64,000 nt of DNA, from contig NC_069000.1 of assembly GCF_001194135.2 (NCBI RefSeq), forward strand, positions 31,468,133 to 31,532,132, in the 5' to 3' direction. How positions within the stretch are numbered: the stretch's first letter is position 1; every line of letters begins with the position of its first letter. The translations under genes and the position numbers were made by a program. Below are positions 39,776 to 52,139 of the stretch, piece by piece. This DNA is from Octopus bimaculoides (taxonomy: Eukaryota). The notes below the pieces were generated by a model that worked only from the letters and a program-made list of their open reading frames with translations, had not been told where the DNA came from and did not search any database.

Positions 39776-41780
39776 ATACATACATGTATATATATATANN
39801 NNNNNNNNNNNNNNNNNNNNNNNNNNNNNNNNNNNNNNNNNNNNNNNNNNNNNNNNNNNNNNNNNNNNNNNNNNNNNNNNNNNNNNNNNNNNNNNNNNNN
39901 NNNNNNNNNNNNNNNNNNNNNNNNNNNNNNNNNNNNNNNNNNNNNNNNNNNNNNNNNNNNNNNNNNNNNNNNNNNNNNNNNNNNNNNNNNNNNNNNNNNN
40001 NNNNNNNNNNNNNNNNNNNNNNNNNNNNNNNNNNNNNNNNNNNNNNNNNNNNNNNNNNNNNNNNNNNNNNNNNNNNNNNNNNNNNNNNNNNNNNNNNNNN
40101 NNNNNNNNNNNNNNNNNNNNNNNNNNNNNNNNNNNNNNNNNNNNNNNNNNNNNNNNNNNNNNNNNNNNNNNNNNNNNNNNNNNNNNNNNNNNNNNNNNNN
40201 NNNNNNNNNNNNNNNNNNNNNNNNNNNNNNNNNNNNNNNNNNNNNNNNNNNNNNNNNNNNNNNNNNNNNNNNNNNNNNNNNNNNNNNNNNNNNNNNNNNN
40301 NNNNNNNNNNNNNNNNNNNNNNNNNNNNNNNNNNNNNNNNNNNNNNNNNNNNNNNNNNNNNNNNNNNNNNNNNNNNNNNNNNNNNNNNNNNNNNNNNNNN
40401 NNNNNNNNNNNNNNNNNNNNNNNNNNNNNNNNNNNNNNNNNNNNNNNNNNNNNNNNNNNNNNNNNNNNNNNNNNNNNNNNNNNNNNNNNNNNNNNNNNNN
40501 NNNNNNNNNNNNNNNNNNNNNNNNNNNNNNNNNNNNNNNNNNNNNNNNNNNNNNNNNNNNNNNNNNNNNNNNNNNNNNNNNNNNNNNNNNNNNNNNNNNN
40601 NNNNNNNNNNNNNNNNNNNNNNNNNNNNNNNNNNNNNNNNNNNNNNNNNNNNNNNNNNNNNNNNNNNNNNNNNNNNNNNNNNNNNNNNNNNNNNNNNNNN
40701 NNNNNNNNNNNNNNNNNNNNNNNNNNNNNNNNNATATATATATGTACATACATACATATATACATATATTGTGTAGGTAGATACTGATATCCGTTCGTTT
40801 GGTCTACATTATGAGGTTTCAATAAAACATGAATAGAGACAAACAATATGAATCACTGAAAAGGTAGTAATATATATACATATGAGTGCGTGTGAGTATG
40901 AAAGTGTGTGTGTGTGCCTACACACACACACATACACATATATATATATATCTAGATATAGAACAATAGATAGATAGATAGATAGATAGATAGACAGATA
41001 AATAGATGCATATTAGGAAATGTATGCTTACAGACACGAACACACATGCAAGTGAGCAGGTGCATGCACGCGCGCGCACACGCACAAACATACACACAAA
41101 CACACACACATAAAAACACAAACGCACACGTACAAACATACACTTATAAGTGTATGTGTGTAGGCGGGGTACTTGTTCAGGTTAGTCTTCAACATTTGCG
41201 AATCCTTCTTTTGAAAAATATCAAATCGTTCTGTATGTATGTATGTAGGTATGTATGTATGTATTTATGTATGCATGTATGTATGTATGCATGTATATAT
41301 GCATGTATGTATGTATTGTATGTATGTTAGCATGAATCTATGACCGCTTCTGTTCGTACTTGTTTGATGTCTCCTTTGAAGAAAGAGTTGGGTTCTAAAA
41401 AAACAACACTCTATTGTTGAATAGCAGACGAAAAATTTCAACTTTTGACCTTGAGAAATGTCTTGTATAATTTTCATCTTCCGCTTATTAATTCTATTTG
41501 GAATGTATGTTTATGTGGTTGGTTTCTTTTTCTGCAAGCGTTATCATTACCAGAATGTCTCCAAGACATGTACTTACAAAGCGAAATGTTTTATTTATTA
41601 TTAATATAAATGTGAATTATAATCTGTCTATAAAAGCAGAATGTTTCGAAGCTGTTATTTGTAATTGCCATCTTTCTTTTTTTTATTTTCGGAGAGAATT
41701 TTTCACATCATCAGGTCAGCTGACATCTATGTATATACATGTGTGCGTATATATGTATAAGTAAATAAATAGATAAATAA

Positions 41781-41818
<38 letters not shown>

Positions 41819-41944
41819 ATAGGCGCAGGCGTAGCTGTGTGCTAATAAGCTTGTCTCCAGCGCATGCACCGGTTTATTCACTGTGTTGATTTTTAACGCG
41901 AGAGACGGAATTCTTTGAGCGGCTTGGCAGCGGTTTGTCGGTGA

Positions 41945-42750
41945 GTGCTGTACCAGTGGAAAGGAATGTATTCGGCCCTTAGCGAATATGAGCTGTCCTC
42001 AGCAAAGGAGGAGCTCGTTAAGGCGGTAAATAGAAGGGACGAGCATTTGGAAAGAGTAAAGAGTTTTGCTGAGGCTGCAGAGCTGAAGAAAAGGGAAATG
42101 GACCTAGCCGGACTGAAGGAGCTGTGTGAGATGACACAGAAGGTGGGCGGTGACGTAAAGTTATTATCCCCGAAAAGGGTTATGGTAAATATGGAAAAGA
42201 AGACCATTACCTACAAGGTGTACGCAGTGGGGAGTAGGAAGGTGGATCGAATGGAGATGGGAAAAGCAGAAAAAGCACTGAAGGGGCTTTCGAAGGAAGT
42301 GACTTACATAGCGAAAGGAAATGGTTGTCCAGTTTAGGACAGCAGAAGAGGCAAAAAGGCTGGTGAGTGCAATAGTAAAAACGGAGGAAGTGGTACTTCT
42401 ACCCACGTACTTTGGAAGAAACACTTCTAATGTAGGGGTAGAAGGAATCCTACCCGATATAGAATTGGCTTGGGTTGCTGCAGCAGCCGTCCTCGTTGGT
42501 AGTGAGCAGGAGGTGGATGTCCTCCAAGCCACAGAGACGGGGGAAGGAGGATATAGAGAAAAAATATTGGAAATCATCATACAAGCGGAGGCGAAGCAGG
42601 TGCAAAAATGTGTCGGAGACGGTGACGTTGGGAAAAATAGTATTCAGAGTATGCGTTGAGGGCAGAGTTCCACGATGCTTTAAATGTGGCCAAAGAGGCC
42701 ACATTAGAGCTCAAGTCCAGAGAGTACCGAAAAGAGAAAGGAGTAGATAG
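41945..42750 (+). pseudogene. retroelement gag/ORF1-like remnant (RRM-like segment plus CCHC zinc knuckle), frameshifted
   Basis: three overlapping open frames 41945-42337, 42321-42659, 42475-42750; VVQFRTAEEAKRL (RRM-like); CFKCGQRGHIRAQ, where restoring one T at ~42715 gives CX2CX4HX4C. Confidence 0.75.
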
Positions 42751-43106
42751 TCCGGGAGAAAGCACGTACTTATATATGTAGAAGCTCATACGCCCACACA
42801 CACGCACCATTGAACATATCCGAATTGTTTCGCACTGTCGATGAAAACAAGAGGTAGTCGCACCCTCTAGAAGTGAGCGGAGATGTGTTGGCGCTAATAG
42901 ATTTTTTTCCTTTCGATTGTAACTACTTTGGGAATTTTATGTAATAATTAATGTGGTAGGGCACAAATCATTTGATAAGTGTCTGCGTTTTGGCATTGGC
43001 ACCGTAAAATATATCAGATTTTCAACAGATAATATTTACAAGAAATTGACGTTTTTACCCAGGGGATGTTATCTAACATTTTTGCGTATATATGCACGTA
43101 TGTAAT

Positions 43107-43182
<76 letters not shown>

Positions 43183-44069
43183 TGTGTGTGTGTTAGTAAA
43201 TTCTTTGAAAATTTCCCGAGAGAATTTGTGTTATTCCAAAAATCAACGTTTCACCACTGGAAATTTGGCAGCAATAATATAATTTATATTCTTTATGTTC
43301 CTGCTTGTAGACTTAATTTGCCGAAACTTGTTAACTTACCACATTTTAGTCTGCCTGAAGATTCCAATTTTCCAGAACGAATTATGTACATAGTAATGTT
43401 TTCATGTTTGCCTATAAATTCAGCTACGTCTGAAAATTTACAATTTGGTTTGTGTAGCTGTAAAATGCAACGAAAATTACCCATAAATGTTGGAAATGAT
43501 CATGTCAACTGCGTAGCTGACATGAGATATATTTTAGCCCCAAACAGACTTTGTGCTATTTCCCTAATTAAGGCTTAACTTAACCAAATTTAGGTAGACC
43601 TTTAATGAAAGATATTCAAGCTGTGACCATTCTGCCAGTTTCAAGCATTTGACAACAGAAATCAACATGTTACTATTTAAGGCAATGGTGAGCCATTTAG
43701 GAGTTCGAACAGAAAATTTCTGGTTAGATGATTGTGTTTTCATATGGCGCACTTTTTTGACTGAAGTGTTTCACCAAAATTGCTTGAATTGAGAAGCAAA
43801 ATTGTTTTTAAAAAGAGTCGTATGAGTACTAAATTCCTGATATTTTCTCTTCACTGTCTTATATAAAATATCTTCCTAGTGCATAATCAATATTTTCAGT
43901 ATTTCAGTATTCCGGGGATTTCCCAGTTTCGGGTATTTCGTAGCTTTTTCTTGCGTTTGTTTTGCAAAACATTATATTGGAAATGTGACGATTTCACGAT
44001 TATAAAGTCTGAAAGAAGTTACGCTATTAATTGATACAGGTTCAGTTCCCACACGTGATACTAGTTTTC

Positions 44070-44440
44070 TTTTATTCTTTCACTTGTTCCAGTCATTAGG
44101 CCACAGCCATGCTGGGGCACCGCGTTGAAGAATTTTTAGTCGAATGAATCGATCCTAGTGCTCATTTTGTTTTTTAAACAAGGGACTTATACCTTCAAAT
44201 CTTTTATCGAAGCAATAAGAGACGGGGTCATAAACACATCAACATCGGTTGTCAAGCTGTGGTGGAAGACAAATACAGACACAAAGCCACACACACACAC
44301 GCACACATATACGGGTTTCTTTCAGTTTCTGTCTACCAAATGAAATGACAAGGCTTTGGTCGGTCTGAAGCTGTAGTGGAATGTGCCATGCAGTGGGGCT
44401 GAACTCGGAGCTACATGGCTGGAAAGCAAACTTGTTACCA
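44070..44440 (-). mobile_element. SINE family 1, full length, degenerate
   Basis: tail cacttgttccagtcatt...ccatgctggggcaccgc; head ...gcagtggggctgaactcggagctacatggctggaaagc. Confidence 0.8.
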
Positions 44441-44973
44441 AACACTCCTTGCCAAGATGTTCTTGTGTCTTAGAAATCATATTTAGGAAGTGAGATTTTT
44501 TCAAGAATTATCGTTCATTTAAAAGGGAGATATTTTTTCACCGTTGCTTTTCAAGTCTTAGTTTATACATTTATTTTTGCTAGTGTGATTTATCTGAGTT
44601 GACAGTGATATTACAGGACAAATGATGGGCGTTTGGACAAATCGTAACCGTTTTGGCTAGTTATTCAGATGGAGGCCCTGTCAATGCCACTACTTCTATG
44701 GAAATTTCCACTTATGTCAAAATTCCGTGGACTTTAAAATAATTCGTGCGCATTTCCAAAATATGATATTGTGAAGATTCCATTTGTTGTTGCCGGCAAT
44801 GTTGCTAGAAATGCCTGTTAGATATAGTTTTGTTATAATAGGAAATCTAATACAATATCTTTCTAAATTCCCGTGTAAAACTGTTTCATCATACTATTTA
44901 TATTCATAACGGTCTTGTGCGATAGGTTATGAAAGCCTAGCTATTTGTAGCATTTCTCATTTGGAACAGGAGA

Positions 44974-45061
<88 letters not shown>

Positions 45062-45675
45062 CCATAGATGGAAATGTTTTTCATCTGAAAGATATTTTTC
45101 CCCTCTTCAAATATCAACTAGAAAGATTTTTTAAGATGAAATTCTATTCGTGTTTAATGAAATGTTTTTTATTAAATCCAAGTGCTTCTCGGCATAAGAA
45201 ATATTTCCTACGTAGTAAAGAAAATATTTCTTATACTGCAGCCTAGCATAATGTTTATATAGAGAAATTATGGTAAATGAAAAGCAAAACAAAGAGAGGA
45301 AGAAAGAAAGAGGAAAAAGAGAGAGTGTGTGCGTGCGTGTCTCTGTGCATATTCATTTGAAAGATTTATAGAATCAAAATAGCCCCACATACCCATCTTC
45401 CATCTGCATGCTTACCTAACAGCATATGGTTTGATAGCCAATGTCGTTGAAGGAATGGATTGATGGCTTGTGTAAATTTTTCGCATAATATTTAAGCAAG
45501 AAATGGGATTATAAATGTCTACTAAGTGCATGATTACATTCCATATTGCAGCATTTGTCTTGACTATGGAAAGTCAGTATGAGAAGTAAATATGAACCTC
45601 CAAAGTTCCTTTGAAATGAATGGGTCTGTGTAAACTATCAACATATGCATTTTAGCAATTTGTTGACATTTCGAC

Positions 45676-46233
45676 CAGTGTGTTTCTCAACCTATTTTCT
45701 CTCAGGCCCTACAATATCTTTTCATAAAAAAAGTATACCCCCACATGTGGTTTGGAAAAAGCATTTTATTTTTAATAAAGAATCTATCAATAACTCTCTT
45801 ATTAAGTACTCAGTACAAAAAAGAGTGTATATTATTGATTAAGTAAAAATGTGCATCAGTTTAATGAGAACGTTGTGCCTGGCTACTATGGCAGATTTTC
45901 TTGATTCGAGGACACCATTTTGCTAGCTTCAGCTCTAAATGAACACATTTTGTAATTTCAAGTTTGCTCCTCGTGGCTAGAAGCAAATCGTCAACAGCAC
46001 TAAAGCCACACTCAACCAAATGAGACGAGGGAAAATGAATCAAAAGTTCCTTTGTGAAGTTGCAGTGTTAAGGCATTTGCTTTCAACTTCATCACAAAGG
46101 CACATTTTCTTGCTGCCCTTCATTTTGAACAGAGTATTCACTGATTCTATTGTAATGAATCATGGAGCCCATTCCCCATAACAACGTTTCTAGGCCCCAG
46201 CAGTGGGGCGTATGCTCCATGTTGGGAATCTCT
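45676..46233 (-). mobile_element. hAT (Buster/Charlie-like) DNA transposon remnant
   Basis: 45861-46043 translates HFPSSHLVECGFSAVDDLLLATRSKL...HSSQAQRSH*, the hAT dimerisation C-terminus; end motifs cagtgtgtttctcaac and gttgggaatctct. Confidence 0.75.
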
Positions 46234-46234
46234 T

Positions 46235-46890
46235 ATTTAGACTATTGTTGGTTGTACGATGCAATGCAGTAATATTTGCAGTTCGAATAATGGTGTAGCA
46301 GTTGTGGTGCTTAGTTCCCATTGTTGAGTTTGTAGGGATGGATGATGTTCTGAAAGCCTTGCCTATCCTATTTTTTGCCTGAACTACTTCATCGCAGCTG
46401 TGAGTAGATTGACTACCTGAAGGACTTGAGTCTATAGTATTTATTGTGTGAAATGTGAAGCAAAATGCTTGAGCTGATGGTTTCAATTTACTCAAAGAGT
46501 TATGCTGCTAGCTACAGCATAAGGCCTCTAGAATTTCGGCAGGTCATATGACTTACAACCTCAAAGTGTTGAAGATTTTGGCTGTTATGTAGAGTCTGGA
46601 TGAGTTATGGGTAGCTTCGATAAGGTCCTGATCGGACGACCCGATAGTTGTTGAACACGTGATGGTCTCGTAGAAGTCGCATTAGGGTGAGAGAAAAGCG
46701 TCAAGAGTGCTTCGAATGTCAATATACCAGTCGTTGATGTATTTAGGGATGAAAGTAGTTGATGTAAAGGGTATAGCCTTAAAACATTCCAGATATCCGT
46801 TCCAGTGGCTTTAGAAAGGGACGTTTCTATGTGTTGTTAGGTTAAAATCACCGTGGATGATGACTTCGGCGATGGTTTGAAATATATTTG
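46235..46890 (-). mobile_element. APE-type LINE ORF2 remnant (endonuclease plus linker)
   Basis: EVIIHGDFN (46841-46852), STLDAFLS, IGSSDQDLI (SDH-like), then linker HSCDEVVQAKNRIGKAF...NCYTIIRTA; internal stops. Confidence 0.7.
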
Positions 46891-47423
46891 ATATCGTACA
46901 AGCAAGAAGAGGAGACATGGCTTGAAGAATAGCTGATGGTTTGAACAATTCAGGGAGTGGGAGATGGGGCAGTTTTCATATATGGTGCAGTCTAGATAAG
47001 AGTGGTTTCGAGCTAGGAACGGAGTCCACGGTTGTGAGGCAACAACAGGAAAACGTTACAGCAGCTATAGTTTTAGTTTTGAGTATCTAAGTGTATGTAA
47101 AACGTGTTGATACATCGTGAAGTCGAGGTAATCACCTTTTGGGAGGCTGGTCCGTATGCTTGCAATTGAGAGTTTGTCACTAACTGCTTTCATGGGACAT
47201 GTATTAATATATACCGAGGTGGTGTGATGTAATTACCTTCGCAACTCATAAAAATTTAGACACTTAACGTAATTTACATAAGAACTACAATAGTTCAATG
47301 GTGACCTAAAGTCAAACAATCTCTCTCTTCTCCACACACACACATGCTTTGCATACCAATGAGCGATATGTGTGTGTGTGTGTGTGTAGGTTTGTTGTGT
47401 GTGTTGTTTTGTGATTATATATC

Positions 47424-47462
<39 letters not shown>

Positions 47463-47464
47463 AC

Positions 47465-47529
<65 letters not shown>

Positions 47530-47699
47530 TACGCTCTTATTTATACACGCATGATTTAAAAGCATATACACATGCAATGTCACTAACTCCAAACGTTTTG
47601 AAAAAGGAAAATATATATCAAAAAATAACATTGAAATTACCAGAACACAATCAATGTGATATCCCTCTCTCCCAACGTTGGAAAATTTCGGTTGTGAAC

Positions 47700-48900
47700 T
47701 TTGGCAAACATTCAATCAGGAATACATTGGATAGCAATAATTTTGTTTCGTTTTCCTCCTCATCTCCATCTCCTTGTCTATGCCTGCTTTTGGCAGAGAC
47801 ATGATACATTGTAAAAAGCTTTCGTATCTTGACGATAACTTTGTTGATATCAGAGTGAGGTCAGTTAATAATATTGAAGCTATGTGATAATAGGTATGGA
47901 CAATGTCTTTATGATCTCAGTTTTGTTTCTGGTATTCAACTCGGTAACGGTCCTTCCTTATCTTTTCTCTCGTTATTGACTATTTAATCAAGTTTCCCTT
48001 AGCTGGGTGTCTCTATCTAGCGTGACAGTACATGTGTTTGATAGTTTTTCCCGCGGTCAATGTAGCCTTGGCTCATTTGTGTCAAGCGTAAATTCCAATT
48101 TGATGTCACTAAATTGTTTGACTGTGTGTAGGAGCGTTTTTAGTTGTCAGTCATATTTTTTCGAACAGTTTCAAGGTATCTATGTAGAGGAGATGTTTGT
48201 CGTTCTATACACTCTGTATCCATAATTTGTTTCCCTCAAAGTTCACTTCTAAGAAACAGTGCTAAACAAAATAACAAAGGAGATAATGAACCTCCTTGGA
48301 AGATTCCATAATTCGTATCCAGATGTAGTGTAAGTATTGAAAATTAATATCGTTTTCCAGATGCACAATACCTGATTATTAATGAGATTTTGAACATCTT
48401 CGAACATTCCTTTGTCCAGTTGTGAGGAAGACCTTCAAAGGCCTTCTTGTAGACTATCCAGGTTACTGAGAAATACGTTTTTCTGTTACAGTTTTCAAAA
48501 CCATTCTGTTAATCGACAATTGATGTCTGCATCCATAAGACCCAAGTTTACATCTGTTTTGTTCATCTGGGAAGATGAACAGCTGATGTGCAGCCTACGA
48601 TACTATGGCTTTTATGCTCTTCAACAATCTAATATTTTCCAGATGATTCTGGCCATTCCAACGTGGTGCACTTTTTTGGGGCATTCTATTTCCATTTCCT
48701 TTATATTCTTCCCAGTAAATTTCGATACTGTACTCAAGGTCCCAACAATAATCGGCATTATCTTCACGTTTTCTATCTTCTACAGTCCGGTTATCTTGTA
48801 TTTAAAAACATTCTTTATGTCTATTTTTTTTCGCATTCCTTCGTAACTACTCGTGGTCAAATGAGCATGCAACATCAAGTAGAGAGCACGTGTAATTTAA
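47700..48900 (-). mobile_element. R4/Dong-type RLE LINE reverse transcriptase remnant
   Basis: FPDEQNRCKLGSYGCRHQL, TWIVYKKAFEGLPHNW, GIFQGGSLSPLLFCLAL, SFNIIN..KIRKLFTM; many frameshifts; homologous to 226-765. Confidence 0.85.
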
Positions 48901-49039
48901 CTTGTTCAATTATTATTCTTGTTATTATTATTGTTGTTGTTGTTGTTGTTGTTGTTATCGTTATTATTGTTGTTGTTGTTGTTATCGTTATTATTATTAT
49001 TGTTGTTATTGTCGTCGTTCTTCGCCAGTCCTTAAGCTC

Positions 49040-49204
49040 TGAGTTAAATCCCGTCCTTAAGCTCTGAGCATAAATCCCACCGAGGTCGGCTTTGCCTTTC
49101 GTTCTTTTGGAGTCGATGTAAAATTACAAGTCACGCACTGGGGTCCATGCAATCGACTATCACCCTCCTCCAGTATGTCAGGCCTTGTGTCTGACGTAGA
49201 CAGG
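49040..49204 (+). mobile_element. SINE family 2, 3' part
   Basis: ccgaggtcggctttgcctttc...gcactggggtccatgcaatcgact...caggccttgtgtc. Confidence 0.75.
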
Positions 49205-49227
49205 ATCATCATCATCATCATCATCAT

Positions 49228-49535
49228 AGACGTCGCACAGTATCCCGTATCGTGATGTTGTGGATTGAAAATATTGTGTCTACCGGGAGTTTGTACTGTT
49301 TGTCAAGTCACAACACAGACATCATACAGACAGTACTTTACGCAATATTCATGCAGTTCGAAGTATAGCCAATTTTTACAATACACCTGTTTCTTCAGAT
49401 TGGGTGGTATTGAAACCAATGCTCCGATGACAATAGGGACATCCGTTATGTTTGACTCTGGCAGCTGCCACATATCGGCGATCTCAATTTTTCAAGTCTC
49501 CGTACCGTAATTATCACTCTTTTCTCTTGCTCTTG
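49228..49535 (-). mobile_element. 3' end of RLE LINE, subfamily E
   Basis: KEQEK..YGDLKIEIADMWQL...VPIVIGALVSIP...KLAILRTA*ILRKVLSV* (stop 49322-49324), UTR, then (ATG)n tail. Confidence 0.8.
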
Positions 49536-49538
49536 TAA

Positions 49539-49576
<38 letters not shown>

Positions 49577-49640
49577 TTACTACTACTACTACTACTACTA
49601 CTAATAATAATAATAATAATAATAATAACAATAATGGTAA

Positions 49641-50159
49641 ATACCCTGATGCAGTACCAGGCAGTGGCTTCATGGATTCTGATCTTAACTGATTGGAAGT
49701 GTTATCATGTACATTGTTTCGTTTTGGTATAAAAGATGGGCTACAGCAGATATTCTGCTCAATACCGTAGATTTGCTTGTCAGTTGTTTGATCTTAACCA
49801 GTTGAGTATGTCCCTTAGTGGTTGACAATATGTGCATCTTTAATCATGAGCAGAAGTATTTGGGGAGCCTCTGGGGTTTGGATAATTCACCTTTGGTAAC
49901 ATGGGTGTTTTGTATAACAGCCTTATTCAGGGACCTTTTGATCGCGATGGGCTACTGAACTTGAAGAATATTCTAACTGGGGCCCACCTGTAAGTTTGTG
50001 CGCTGTTAATCTTGATATGAGATCACTATGTCGCGTACATATGGTTGTGATGCATGTGTCTGGTGTACCCTTATCAGACGGGTAGTCATGATGGGTATAC
50101 TGGGCTTCTTATATTTTACCCCAGTGTCACTTTGATGGAATGCACTGCTCTCACACTCA
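49641..50159 (+). mobile_element. ORF-less (TAA)n-associated retroposon (element A), copy 2
   Basis: homologous to 24816-25330; preceded and followed by (AAT)n. Confidence 0.8.
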
Positions 50160-50189
50160 ATAATAATAATAATAGTAATAATAATAATA

Positions 50190-50457
50190 ATGCCCAAAAT
50201 GGCTGAAGTTCAAAAGATAGTGCTCATGGGAACTGCCCATATCCTACGTAAAATACTGTCTATGTGATCTCAAATTTTAAAGCAAACATAATTTTCTTAT
50301 GGTTTCTTAAACATTCACTTGAACAAAACTGTACAAATCCAAATATATGGTACCCTAGGCATAACACCTACATGAACTTCTAACTTGTTGTCTCTTGAGG
50401 TCTCTGGGTGAGACTTGGATCCAACTTGTACAAATGCAAAACAAAAGTCAAACATAA
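50190..50457 (+). mobile_element. 3' end of RLE LINE, subfamily B
   Basis: MPKMAEVQKIVLMGTAHILRKILSM* (stop 50265-50267), ~190-bp UTR, (AAT)n tail 50458-50550. Confidence 0.85.
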
Positions 50458-50550
<93 letters not shown>

Positions 50551-50551
<1 letters not shown>

Positions 50552-50860
50552 TCCAAGAAAGAAGGTGAAAAAATAGATTAAGACAACCTTCTTAAGTAGG
50601 AAATAGTCCGACTATGGAAAATAAAGAAGGTGAAGATAGTGTCAAGTATTGTTGGGTTCTTGGGGACAGTATCAGAAGGCATCAAGAGGAATATAAAGGA
50701 AATTGGAATTCAGTGCTCAGTAGAACTGTTACAAAAGGTTTGCCTCCTTGGCATGGCCAGAATAATCAGGAAAGTATTAGATAGCTGAAAAGAATGGATA
50801 GCATGGTAGCGTAGGCTGCAGGCAGCAATCTCGCTTCGCATGCAAGACTCCAGGAGTTTT
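50551..50860 (+). mobile_element. 3' end of RLE LINE, subfamily C
   Basis: KKEGEKID..EIVRLWKIKKVKIV..IVGFLGTV...LLQKVCLLGMARIIRKVLDS* (stop 50786-50788). Confidence 0.85.
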
Positions 50861-50879
50861 ATTATCATTATTATTATTA

Positions 50880-50943
<64 letters not shown>

Positions 50944-51556
50944 CATTACCATCATTATCATTATTATTAGTAGTCTTGGTGGTGGTGGTGGTGGTGGTGG
51001 TGGTGGTAGTAGTAGTAGTGGTAGCATCAACGTCTCTCACACCATGCATTTGAGTCAATAATAACACTATCAAAGAAGGCAAGAAAGAAGAGGAGGATCA
51101 GTAGAAGGACGGCTGTCTCGAGACTACAGAGTTATTATCGGCAACGGTTGAAAACAGAGAGAAAGAGACAGCATTTAGAGTAATGGTGTCTGCAAGATTC
51201 ATCAAGGAAGCTATAGACGGATTCAGTAGAAATTGAAAAACATATATTTTCCTATAATAGGATGTGCTCCCCAGTGATATCGACAGACAACAGACTTCTG
51301 TTGAGGTTTTATATTTTCTGTTTGTCATTTTCCATCATTTCATTATATTAGCGAATCTCATGTAAATATGATTGAATAATGAATAAACCATAATGGTCTG
51401 ACCATACTTACTCTAATACGCTAGATTCGAGTTTAGAGGAAGTAATGTGGTACGTGGAATGTGTGTATACATAACATATACATATGCTTATATATATATA
51501 AGTGTGTATGTGTATGTGTTTGTGTGCGTGTGTGTGTATGTGCGTGTTTTTGTGAA

Positions 51557-51860
51557 GGCTCAGTGATTAGAGCGTTGGGCTCAAAATCATGAAGTAGTGA
51601 GTTCGATTCTCGGATCGGGCTGTGTTTTGATCTTGAGCAAGACGCTTTATCTTGCGTTGCTACAATTCACTAATATGTAGAAATTAGTCGCGACATCACA
51701 CGTGCCAAACTGTACAGCCCTTTGCCTTTTCTTTGGGTAACATTGGTAACGTTGAGAGGAGCGGCTGCTAGGCTTAGGCGGCCTTGCCCGGACTTGAGCC
51801 GAAGAGGGTAACTTTGTAGTTGCAATCCCATGGTCATTCATGACCGAAGAGGGTCTTTCA
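51557..51860 (+). mobile_element. tRNA-derived SINE family 3
   Basis: ggctcagtgattagagcg (A box) ... gagttcgattctc (B box); homologous to 58149-58472. Confidence 0.85.
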
Positions 51861-51862
51861 CC

Positions 51863-51915
<53 letters not shown>

Positions 51916-52139
51916 TATTGGGAGCAGCGACTCCCATTGACTGGTGCTCATATATATCGTTTGACTTGGTTTCCACGACTGGATGCCATTTGTAGCGTCA
52001 ACCTCTTCACAATGTGTATTGAGCCTGTTTCCTTATGATATGAGCACTTGACTGACAGAACTAAGGGGCTGACCACTTCATTACAATATGCCCTGGGTCT
52101 ATGTTTCATGTCATCTTCACTAGAGAGGTTATAGGGCAC

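Noticed and set aside
43066-43578. 170-aa ORF
   Set aside because: Starts in a (TG)n tract and has no recognisable domain or splice context; may be an unidentified repeat remnant
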